A DNA stretch of 64,000 bases from Chloroflexota bacterium (GTDB taxonomy: Bacteria; Chloroflexota; Dehalococcoidia; GIF9; UBA5629): the NCBI GenBank assembly GCA_016865855.1, contig VGNX01000003.1, forward strand, positions 4,147-68,146, read 5' to 3'. How positions within the stretch are numbered: the stretch's first letter is position 1; every line of letters starts with the position of its first letter. A program made the translations under genes and the position numbers. Below are positions 54,086 to 61,902 of the stretch, piece after piece. A model generated the notes under the pieces. That model did no database searches and had not been told where the DNA came from. It worked only from the letters and a program-made list of their open reading frames with translations.

Positions 54086-56800
54086 ATGGCTAAAGAAAAA
54101 CCGTTACTCTTGCTTTTCGATGGAAATGCTCTGATACACCGGGCTTTCCACGCCTTACCCCCACTCACAATATCCAAGACCGGGGAAATGGTCAATGCCG
54201 TCCAGGGCTTTGCCAGCACATTACTCAAGGTGCTGAATGAAATCAAGCCGACTCACTGGGCTATTGCCTTCGACCCCCCCACACCAACCTTCAGACATGA
54301 GAAATTCGAGGATTACAAAGCTCAACGCCCCAAAACTCCCGAAGAGCTTATCAATCAGATAAAGCGGGTTCACCAACTGGTAGATGCCTTCAATATTCCC
54401 ACCTTCGAAATCGATGGTTTCGAAGCTGATGACGTTTTGGGTACCCTGAGCTGCCAAGCTGGCCAGCAAAACGTAGACACCCTCATCGTTACTGGCGACA
54501 ACGATATCCTCCAAGTTGTCTCACCTAACACAAAAGTAATGGCTCCAAGACGAACCTTCAGTGACACAGTAATCTACGATGAGGCAGGTGTAGAGCAGAA
54601 ATACGGCATATCTCCCGAGCAACTTGCCGAACTCAAAGCCCTGGCCGGCGACCCCTCAGACAACATCCCTGGCATCCCCGGCATCGGCGACAAGACGGCA
54701 GCCAAGCTACTGCGACAATTCGGCAGCCTCGAGGGAATATATAGGCATATTGACGAAATAACTCCTGAGAAGCTACAGGCATTGCTCCGCGACCATAAAG
54801 CCCATGTTCTTCAAAATAAGGAGCTGGCGACGATAGTCACTGATGTGCCTATAAGTTTGAACCTAGATGCTTGCCAGGTCAGCTCTTACGACAGACATCA
54901 AGTAGTCGAACTTTTCCGTGAACTGGGATTCGTCCAATTGCTATCCAGACTGCCTGAGGAGATAGAAGGGACACTAACTGTAGCTCCCAGCCAGGCCATA
55001 TCCAAGAAGGACTACCACATAATTAACACTGACCAAGCTTTAGATAAGCTTATTACCCAGTTGCTGACCGCCAAAGAATTCACCGTTGACCTGGAGACTT
55101 CCAGCAAAGAAGTCATGGCTGCTGAACTTGTCGGCATCTCATTGTCATCAACACCAGGTGAAGCCTACTACATACCGGTGGGACACCGTGGCTTAAGCCA
55201 AATATCCCAGCTACCATTGTCTCAAGTCATTGCCAAGCTTAAGCCTGTGCTTGAAGACGCCAAAATCCCCAAAACAGCCCACAACGGCAAATTTGATATG
55301 ACGGTGCTTGCCGAATACGGGATAAAGCTTGAGAATTTGACCTTCGATACCATGATTGCCGCTTATCTGCTTGGCGAAAAATCCATCGGGCTTAAAGCGC
55401 TGGCTTTCAATAAACTCGGAGTCGAGATGACACCCATCACCGACCTAATCGGCAAAGGAGCCAAGCAGCTCTCTATGGCGATGATAGCAACAGAACAGGT
55501 TGCCGATTATGCCGCTGCCGATGCCGATATTACTCTAAGACTTAAAAACATGCTCGACGCCGAGCTGCAAAAAGAAGGACTATGGCAACTTTTCAGTGAA
55601 GTGGAGATGCCTTTAGTCCCGGTGCTGGTAGCTATGGAAAGAAATGGGGTCGCTATAGATGTTGAACTGCTGCGAGATATGTCTCACAGCCTGGGGAAAG
55701 AAATGCTCAGACTGGAAGCAGAGGTTTACAACAGCCTCGGCTACAGGTTCAACATAAACTCGTCACAACAACTATCCCGAATCCTTTACGAGGAGCTGAG
55801 ACTCCCCAAGCCGCGCAAAACAAAAAGCGGCTATTCCACCGAAGCTGCAGCACTTGAAGAACTAAGAGAAACTCACCCCATAATTGGACTTGTCTTGCAA
55901 TACCGACAGCTCGCCAAGCTGAAGTCAACTTACACCGATGCTTTCCCTGCCTTAGTCAACCCTAAAACAGGCAGGCTCCATACCAGCTTCAACCAGACAG
56001 GCACAACCACCGGCCGCCTTTCCTCCAGCGAGCCGAACATGCAAAACATCCCCGTAAGAGGCGAGCTGGGGGGGCGAATAAGGCAGGCCATTATCGCCCA
56101 GCCGGGGTGGTATCTCCTATCTGCCGATTATTCACAAATTGACCTCAGGGTATTAGCTCATATCTCCCAGGACCCTGAACTTATCGCCACTTTTCTGAGA
56201 GATGAAGATGTCCATACCGCCACCGCCTCCAGTGTCTTCAACATATCCCCGGACAAGGTGACATCAGAGATGCGTCGCGTGGCCAAGACGGTCAATTTCG
56301 GCGTAATCTACGGCATGAGCGACTATGGCCTGGAGCAAGCCACCGAATTCAGTCGAGAGGAAGCCGCCCAATTCATCACCTCCTATTTTGAAAAATACCC
56401 CAAGGTCAAAGAATATATCGAAAACACCAAAAGCCAAGCCAGAGAGCGGGGCTACGTGCAAACGGTGATGGGCAGGAGGCGCTACATACCTGAAATCAAC
56501 TCGCCAAACCGGCAGGTCAGAGAAGCTGCCGAGCGAATGGCAATAAACATGCCGGTGCAGGGCACCTCTGCCGATATTATCAAAATCGCCATGGTCAACC
56601 TTCACCGCGAGATGGGAAACCGGAACTTGCGAAGCAAGATGACCCTCCAGGTTCACGATGAGCTTGTCTTCGAGGTGCCTCCAGAGGAGATAGACTTGAT
56701 GAAGGAACTGGTCTCCCAGATAATGCCTCAAGCCTTAAAGCTCAGCGTGCCGCTAAAGATAGACATCAAGCTGGGCAAAAACTGGGCCGAGATGGGATAA
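54086..56800 (+). CDS. polA: DNA polymerase I
   Basis: MAKEKPLLLLFDGNALIHRAF (5'-3' exonuclease), exonuclease motifs (TVDLETS), and polymerase motifs (DYSQIDLRVLAH, KTVNFGVIYG, QVHDELVFE). Start at ATG 54086 after GGAG. The track ORF start at 53975 lies in repeat DNA. Confidence 0.95.
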   Translation: MAKEKPLLLLFDGNALIHRAFHALPPLTISKTGEMVNAVQGFASTLLKVLNEIKPTHWAIAFDPPTPTFRHEKFEDYKAQRPKTPEELINQIKRVHQLVDAFNIPTFEIDGFEADDVLGTLSCQAGQQNVDTLIVTGDNDILQVVSPNTKVMAPRRTFSDTVIYDEAGVEQKYGISPEQLAELKALAGDPSDNIPGIPGIGDKTAAKLLRQFGSLEGIYRHIDEITPEKLQALLRDHKAHVLQNKELATIVTDVPISLNLDACQVSSYDRHQVVELFRELGFVQLLSRLPEEIEGTLTVAPSQAISKKDYHIINTDQALDKLITQLLTAKEFTVDLETSSKEVMAAELVGISLSSTPGEAYYIPVGHRGLSQISQLPLSQVIAKLKPVLEDAKIPKTAHNGKFDMTVLAEYGIKLENLTFDTMIAAYLLGEKSIGLKALAFNKLGVEMTPITDLIGKGAKQLSMAMIATEQVADYAAADADITLRLKNMLDAELQKEGLWQLFSEVEMPLVPVLVAMERNGVAIDVELLRDMSHSLGKEMLRLEAEVYNSLGYRFNINSSQQLSRILYEELRLPKPRKTKSGYSTEAAALEELRETHPIIGLVLQYRQLAKLKSTYTDAFPALVNPKTGRLHTSFNQTGTTTGRLSSSEPNMQNIPVRGELGGRIRQAIIAQPGWYLLSADYSQIDLRVLAHISQDPELIATFLRDEDVHTATASSVFNISPDKVTSEMRRVAKTVNFGVIYGMSDYGLEQATEFSREEAAQFITSYFEKYPKVKEYIENTKSQARERGYVQTVMGRRRYIPEINSPNRQVREAAERMAINMPVQGTSADIIKIAMVNLHREMGNRNLRSKMTLQVHDELVFEVPPEEIDLMKELVSQIMPQALKLSVPLKIDIKLGKNWAEMG
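56774..56799. repeat. Left copy of the island-flanking direct repeat (att-like core) inside the last polA codons
   Basis: GGCAAAAACTGGGCCGAGATGG is identical to 59868-59889. After one mismatch, ATA also matches. Confidence 0.9.
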
Positions 56801-57064
56801 TATTCGACCTCAAAATACACATATGGAGGGCTTTACAGCTAATAGCGCCAATGCTAGATTTGACAAACCAAACTGCTTAGACGCCCTCAAAGTTAGCCTA
56901 CGAATATGGTGCAGCATAAAAATCCGCTATTTGTCTGCGCGGCCCGAAAAACTTATGTTTCTGCTAGATAGAACATCCCAGAGCTTTCGCATCCCTTTTA
57001 TAGTAGATTTTTACGTAATTTACTAATCGATACAATAATTATTTGTAACAGGATTATTGAAATA

Positions 57065-57093
57065 TTGACATTTATTGTCAATTCTGTTATTAT
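57065..57093 (+). promoter_or_regulatory. Near-consensus sigma-70 promoter with a palindrome over the -35 box
   Basis: TTGACA (57065-57070), a 17-nt spacer, then TATTAT (57088-57093). ATTGACA-TTTAT-TGTCAAT (57064-57082) is a 7-bp inverted repeat. Confidence 0.55.
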
Positions 57094-57145
57094 TGCGTTA
57101 GTAATATAACCAGAACCGATTTAAACATATTACGAGGTGGTTATT

Positions 57146-57370
57146 ATGGTACGAACTTCGGAATCAAAAACAGAAGCCTTCCGGCGTTTAGCAACCAAAA
57201 GAACAAGCGCAGTGCTAGAACGGATTCGAGTTTTGGGGCATTGCGCAAATCCCCAACTTTATGAATATAGTGAGGAGGATGTCAGGAAAATATTCCAAGC
57301 TATAGAAAGAGAGCTAAGAACCATAAAGGCGAGGTTTCAGAACTCAAGCAAAGCAGAATTCCACTTGTAA
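57146..57370 (+). CDS. Hypothetical small helical protein, island gene A
   Basis: 74 aa from ATG 57146 (GAGGTG upstream). The track lists GTG 57137. No family recognised. Confidence 0.55.
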   Translation: MVRTSESKTEAFRRLATKRTSAVLERIRVLGHCANPQLYEYSEEDVRKIFQAIERELRTIKARFQNSSKAEFHL

Positions 57371-57405
57371 AGCGGAGGTAAGCTATAAGTTTCTTGGGGG
57401 TTGAT

Positions 57406-59184
57406 ATGTATACTCTTGAGACAATCAAAACAGAGCAAATTGGTGCCGACTTGTCAAAGGTTGTTGACAAGATTATCAAGCAGTACGAAAGCTTCCCCAA
57501 GGCATTTCAGAAGGAAGCTATCCAGAACGCCTGGGATGAACGTTTAGACAAGAAAAAAGCAACGAATTGGGAGATAAAAATCTATACTGACAGTGCGGAT
57601 GAGCAAGCTCACCTCGTAGTAGAAGATTTTGGTACTAAGGGAATGGATGAGGAGAGGTGGGATGCTTTCTTATCATTATGGAAACCCAAGAAGGAAGAAC
57701 TAGATGCTGGTGGACAGGGTCAAGGGAAGTTTGTACTAATGGGAGCATCAAAGAAAAACATCCTTATCGTTGAGAGCATAAGCGATGAAATACTGTATAG
57801 ATGTAAATTTCTTCAAAACGACAGGAAAAGTTGTGGAGAATGCTCCATCAAAGACTTTGTTCCAAATGCTCAAGCACTAAGCCATAAAGGGACAAAAATC
57901 TGGGTCTACGATATTAAAGGGGATTTCCTGAATTCGATTAATGCTCAAGAATTCGTTGATTCAATAGCTGAAACATGGTGGCAAATCCTAGCAGACCGCT
58001 TCGCTGCTAAGATTTGTCTTTTTGGCAAAGATATAATTCCACCTAAACTCCCTTCTCCGAGAGAGGAACTAACTCTTTTAGAAAACAAACCACTAGGAGA
58101 TTTTGGAAGAATAAAAAGAATGGTCTTGCAGTTTTATGACGAACCTATAGCAGAAATTTTCCAAGGTGTAAGGGTCCAAAGGGCGAATATGATGATTGTT
58201 CGGATACCTTTTGAGGTTTACGACAAGGAATACCAGAATCGTTTTTCTGGGTACATTGAGTTTGATGATATTTTAGAACGTCTTTTGAAAGACATAGAAA
58301 GAACCGATCACTGTGGTTTCTTGTCAGAGTCACCGTGGAAGGAAATTAAAAGCCTGGTAAAAGAAGAAAGCGAAAAATTCGTTGACAAGATCATTCCCAA
58401 GAAGGCGGCACCAAAGGTTTTTCTTCCAAAAAACTTAAATACGATAATTCAAAAGGCTAATCAAATTATCATTGAGAACTGTCCTGATTTACAAGGTCCC
58501 GGAACAATTGTTCCGCCTATATCTAAAAAATCTAAACCGTTTTTAAGATTGGACTATCTGGTACTTAACAAAAGGGAAGTCAAATACGGGGACACTATTA
58601 AGCCCTCCTGCAGGGTGGTTAATGAAGCCGATGAAGACAAGAAATGCCTATTAAGGGTAGAGCTAAAAAGAGAAGGGCAAAGGTTTTTTAAAGAAGAGTA
58701 CAAACTTAAAATAGGTGCCGAAGACAAAAAGCCACTAAAACTATCCGAAATAGAATTGACGAAGGAAGATTACCCAAAAGGTAAATATACTATAAGGGCC
58801 ACGATTCAAGAAGATACGCACGACGTCGACACCAAGGCGACCAGTTTTTACTTAGAGATAAAAAGGGAGCCTGCAAAAAGAGGATTTATCAAAAATATTG
58901 AACCTTTCGAAAGCAACGAACCAATCAGAAATAAACCAATAAACAAGGGGGTCATAGAAATAAACTTTGCGCATAAAGACTTTCTTAATGTATATGAGGT
59001 ATTTAGCAAAATGAAAAAGCAGAATGAGCAAATAGGCTTCTATCTCATCAAGATTTGTTTAGACGAAGCAATCAGTGCATTATATAAGGTGAAACTAAAA
59101 GATCTTGGCAATCAAGACTTAGATGACATAATAAAAGAAATCAACCGGTTAAAGGACAGGATGTACTATGAAGTCTACATCTAA
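57406..59184 (+). CDS. GHKL (Bergerat-fold, MORC/Hsp90-like) ATPase with a C-terminal beta-sandwich-like region, island gene B
   Basis: Motif I EAIQNAWDE (ExxxNxxD, nt 57514-57537), motif II VEDFGTKGM (DxGxxGM, nt 57625-57645) and motif III GGQGQGKF (nt 57709-57732). The track start is TTG 57394. The ATG is at 57406. Confidence 0.65.
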   Translation: MYTLETIKTEQIGADLSKVVDKIIKQYESFPKAFQKEAIQNAWDERLDKKKATNWEIKIYTDSADEQAHLVVEDFGTKGMDEERWDAFLSLWKPKKEELDAGGQGQGKFVLMGASKKNILIVESISDEILYRCKFLQNDRKSCGECSIKDFVPNAQALSHKGTKIWVYDIKGDFLNSINAQEFVDSIAETWWQILADRFAAKICLFGKDIIPPKLPSPREELTLLENKPLGDFGRIKRMVLQFYDEPIAEIFQGVRVQRANMMIVRIPFEVYDKEYQNRFSGYIEFDDILERLLKDIERTDHCGFLSESPWKEIKSLVKEESEKFVDKIIPKKAAPKVFLPKNLNTIIQKANQIIIENCPDLQGPGTIVPPISKKSKPFLRLDYLVLNKREVKYGDTIKPSCRVVNEADEDKKCLLRVELKREGQRFFKEEYKLKIGAEDKKPLKLSEIELTKEDYPKGKYTIRATIQEDTHDVDTKATSFYLEIKREPAKRGFIKNIEPFESNEPIRNKPINKGVIEINFAHKDFLNVYEVFSKMKKQNEQIGFYLIKICLDEAISALYKVKLKDLGNQDLDDIIKEINRLKDRMYYEVYI

Positions 59185-59752
59185 TGACAGGGGGAATAAG
59201 AAAATAGAACTCGGCAGAAGAACCAACGAGGGCTATAAATATGAGGCCAAGATTGACCTCAGTAAAGATCTCTCCTCCCAAATTACCAGAGTAATTAAAG
59301 AAAAAGAGATAAATGAGATTATAAGCAGGAAAGTTGAGGAACTTAGGGAAGCGATAAAAGGATTCCCTGACAAAGAACAGAGTCTCGAATACTATTATCA
59401 AACAGGTAGAAACCTATTATTCTTGGACAATGAATTATTCAGAGACATCGCTCCCTACAGTGTGTTTAGAAGAATTTTTGAGGAGCTACCAGAGATATTG
59501 CCAGGCTTAGGAAAAAGAGCCGTTGCCACAAAGCATTTAGACATCATGTTTAAGCTAGCCCATATAGACAGAAATGACTTGTCTAAAGCTTCATGGGATC
59601 AATGGTACGAAATAATGAAATTTAAAGATATTTACAAAAGACAAGATTTGCTTAAGCAAGCTCTGGATTACTGCAAATCGGGAATGTCTGGCCCCCGCCT
59701 ACGCAAGGAAATTCAGGACCTTATGGGAAACTCGAGAATTATCTCTAAATAG
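59168..59752 (+). CDS. Hypothetical 194-aa helical protein, island gene C
   Basis: Overlaps gene B by 17 nt, suggesting translational coupling. No family recognised. Confidence 0.55.
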   Translation: MKSTSNDRGNKKIELGRRTNEGYKYEAKIDLSKDLSSQITRVIKEKEINEIISRKVEELREAIKGFPDKEQSLEYYYQTGRNLLFLDNELFRDIAPYSVFRRIFEELPEILPGLGKRAVATKHLDIMFKLAHIDRNDLSKASWDQWYEIMKFKDIYKRQDLLKQALDYCKSGMSGPRLRKEIQDLMGNSRIISK

Positions 59753-59792
59753 ATTAAACATAATATAAAATGACCAAAGCAATCAGAGCTAG

Positions 59793-59893
59793 GAATTGAG
59801 CTGCAGCGGAACGGATAAAGAGCCCACTTCACACTGGCTAGCCTCTCGTAACATGTCTATCAGAATTGGCAAAAACTGGGCCGAGATGGTATA
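59793..59893 (+). pseudogene. Diverged remnant of a PolA C-terminus plus the right copy of the island-flanking direct repeat
   Basis: In-frame reading ...LASRNMSIRIGKNWAEMV* compared with polA ...LKIDIKLGKNWAEMG*. 59868-59889 is identical to 56774-56795. Confidence 0.7.
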
Positions 59894-59934
59894 GACTAAC
59901 AAACATATCCTCCTTGAGAATCAAATGGCTTTTC

Positions 59935-60693
59935 TTAGAGCCTCTCCAGCAGTTGTTGCGCTGCCTTGGTGAGCCCGGGGTCAGTTGACATCTCAATACA
60001 TTTCTCCAGGTCGCTCCTTGCTTTAGCCACCTCGCCACCCTTGCGGTAATAAGCATAAGCCCGATTAAAATATGCTTTGGCAAGCTCCGGGTCCAGCTCT
60101 ATCGCCATCGTGCAGTCAGCTATAGCCTTGTCGAACTCCTTTTTGTTAATGTACATAAGGCCCCGGTTATCATAAGCTACAGCCAGCTTCGGGTCTAAAT
60201 CTATAGCCTTATCATAATCGGCTATGGCTCTATCAAACTTGTACTGCCCGGCATAAGCCTCCCCCCTGTTGTTGTAAGCCATGACAAACCTCGGAGCAAG
60301 CACAATAGCCTTGTCATAATTAGCTATAGCTGATTGAAACTGCCCCCTATCGAAGTACACGCTACCACGATTATAATAAGCCTCAGCACGTAGGGGGTCA
60401 AGCTCAACCGCCTTATCAAAGTCAGCTATTGCTTTATCAAGCTCACCTTTCTTATGATAGGCAAGCCCACGGTTGTTATAAGCCATGGCAAACTGTGGGT
60501 CGAGCGCAAGCGCCTTAGTGTATTCCACAATGGCTTCATCATATCGCCCTTGCCCAAAGTGCTCATTACCTCTATTAAGGTGTTCTTTGGCCGGACTCAT
60601 GCAGCTCACTACCATTAACGCAGTAGTAAAGGCAACGCAAGCCGCCAGTATAAGCCTTCCTTTGTAGTTCATTGTCAGCCTTCCGCTAAACAC
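59935..60693 (-). CDS. TPR-repeat lipoprotein
   Basis: 252 aa with a signal/lipobox-like LMVVSC, followed by about six consecutive 34-aa TPR units (A.A..NRG.AY....(F/Y)D.AI.D(F/Y).KA(I/V)(E/D)LDP). Confidence 0.85.
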   Translation of the reverse strand: MFSGRLTMNYKGRLILAACVAFTTALMVVSCMSPAKEHLNRGNEHFGQGRYDEAIVEYTKALALDPQFAMAYNNRGLAYHKKGELDKAIADFDKAVELDPLRAEAYYNRGSVYFDRGQFQSAIANYDKAIVLAPRFVMAYNNRGEAYAGQYKFDRAIADYDKAIDLDPKLAVAYDNRGLMYINKKEFDKAIADCTMAIELDPELAKAYFNRAYAYYRKGGEVAKARSDLEKCIEMSTDPGLTKAAQQLLERL

Positions 60694-60818
60694 AACTGTG
60701 CGCTGCTTTTACCTGAAGATTATACCCAGCAGCTATTTAACACACAAGCACTTTAAGTTACAATACAAGAGTACAAAAACCAACAGGCAACTGAAGGGAT
60801 AATAAAGGAGGTCAAACG

Positions 60819-61628
60819 TTGCCGGAACTGCCTGAAGTCGAAACCATAAAGAGCGAACTTTTACCACACATAATCGGACGACGGTTCACCGGCGTCATCG
60901 TCTACGATGCTAAGCCGGTGCGCCAGCCTTCAGTCGAAGAGTTTCGCCGAAAACTGGTAGGGCAAAAGATAACCAGCCTTGAGCGCCGCGGCAAGTACCT
61001 CATCTTCCACCTGTCCAGCGGCGACGTGCTGGTTACACACCTCAAGATGTCAGGGGCTCTGCTGCTGAATCCAAAACAAACTGACCGTCACGCCAGAGTC
61101 ATCTTTCACCTCGACAACGGCAGCCAGCTTGTCTTTACCGACCGCAGACGACTGGGAGCCGTCTGGCTACTAGAAAATGAACAGGCTGTTACCGGCAAGC
61201 TCGGCCCCGAACCTTTAACTCCCAAATTCACCGCTGAGACTCTAGCCAAACGATTGCAGAGCCATCAGGCGCCGATAAAAGCCGTGCTGCTCGACCAGGC
61301 TTTCCTCGCCGGTATCGGCAACATGTACGCCGATGAAACCCTGTTCGCCGCCAGAATCCACCCGCTGCGGAAGGCAAACAGCCTGTCACCCCAAGAAATC
61401 AGAAATCTACACAAAGCCATCGTAGACATCCTGCGCTCAGCCATTGATAGCAAAGGCGCCAGCGTTGACACCTATAAACGCCCCGATGGTCAGCTGGGCA
61501 CTGCCCATTTTAACTTCTGCGTCGCCCACCGCGGCGGCAAACCTTGTCCCGTCTGTGGCACAGCCATCCAGCGCCTTGCCATCAGAAACCGCGGCAGCTG
61601 CTTCTGCCCCAACTGCCAGAACCCCTAG
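60819..61628 (+). CDS. mutM: Formamidopyrimidine-DNA glycosylase (Fpg/MutM)
   Basis: N-terminus (M)PELPEVE, H2TH region and C-terminal zinc finger CPVCG...CPNCQ. TTG start. Confidence 0.92.
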   Translation: MPELPEVETIKSELLPHIIGRRFTGVIVYDAKPVRQPSVEEFRRKLVGQKITSLERRGKYLIFHLSSGDVLVTHLKMSGALLLNPKQTDRHARVIFHLDNGSQLVFTDRRRLGAVWLLENEQAVTGKLGPEPLTPKFTAETLAKRLQSHQAPIKAVLLDQAFLAGIGNMYADETLFAARIHPLRKANSLSPQEIRNLHKAIVDILRSAIDSKGASVDTYKRPDGQLGTAHFNFCVAHRGGKPCPVCGTAIQRLAIRNRGSCFCPNCQNP

Positions 61629-61648
61629 ACAGACGTGGTATAATTTAT

Positions 61649-61789
61649 CAGGCTGTCTGAAAATGTAGTCCCGACCCTTTAGGGTCGGGCTCCCGAGGCT
61701 AAAGCCTCGGGGCTACATGTTTAATGTGTATCACCAATGAGCTATAATTTTTCCCACAAAGTGGGAGAGACAGATTGCCAGTTAGAGTT
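61649..61789. mobile_element. 141-bp MITE-like element (sibling of 21194-21340) flanked by a 23-bp direct duplication
   Basis: TAGACAGACGTGGTATAATTTAT occurs at 61626-61648 and again at 61790-61812. The interior is near-identical to 21194-21332. Confidence 0.8.
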
Positions 61790-61902
61790 TAGACAGACGT
61801 GGTATAATTTATATTATTGAGGATAAAGGAGGTGGAAAATGTGAACACGTTAGAGCACAAAAATTAGCCATCCTATCAATCGAACTTGAAAGGAGGTAAA
61901 TT

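Noticed and set aside
56823-57026. 67-aa ORF just downstream of polA, at the left edge of the island
   Set aside because: It has no Shine-Dalgarno and an odd composition, and it ends in the promoter region of the cassette. I treat it as non-coding island leader, although a small gene or RNA cannot be fully excluded.
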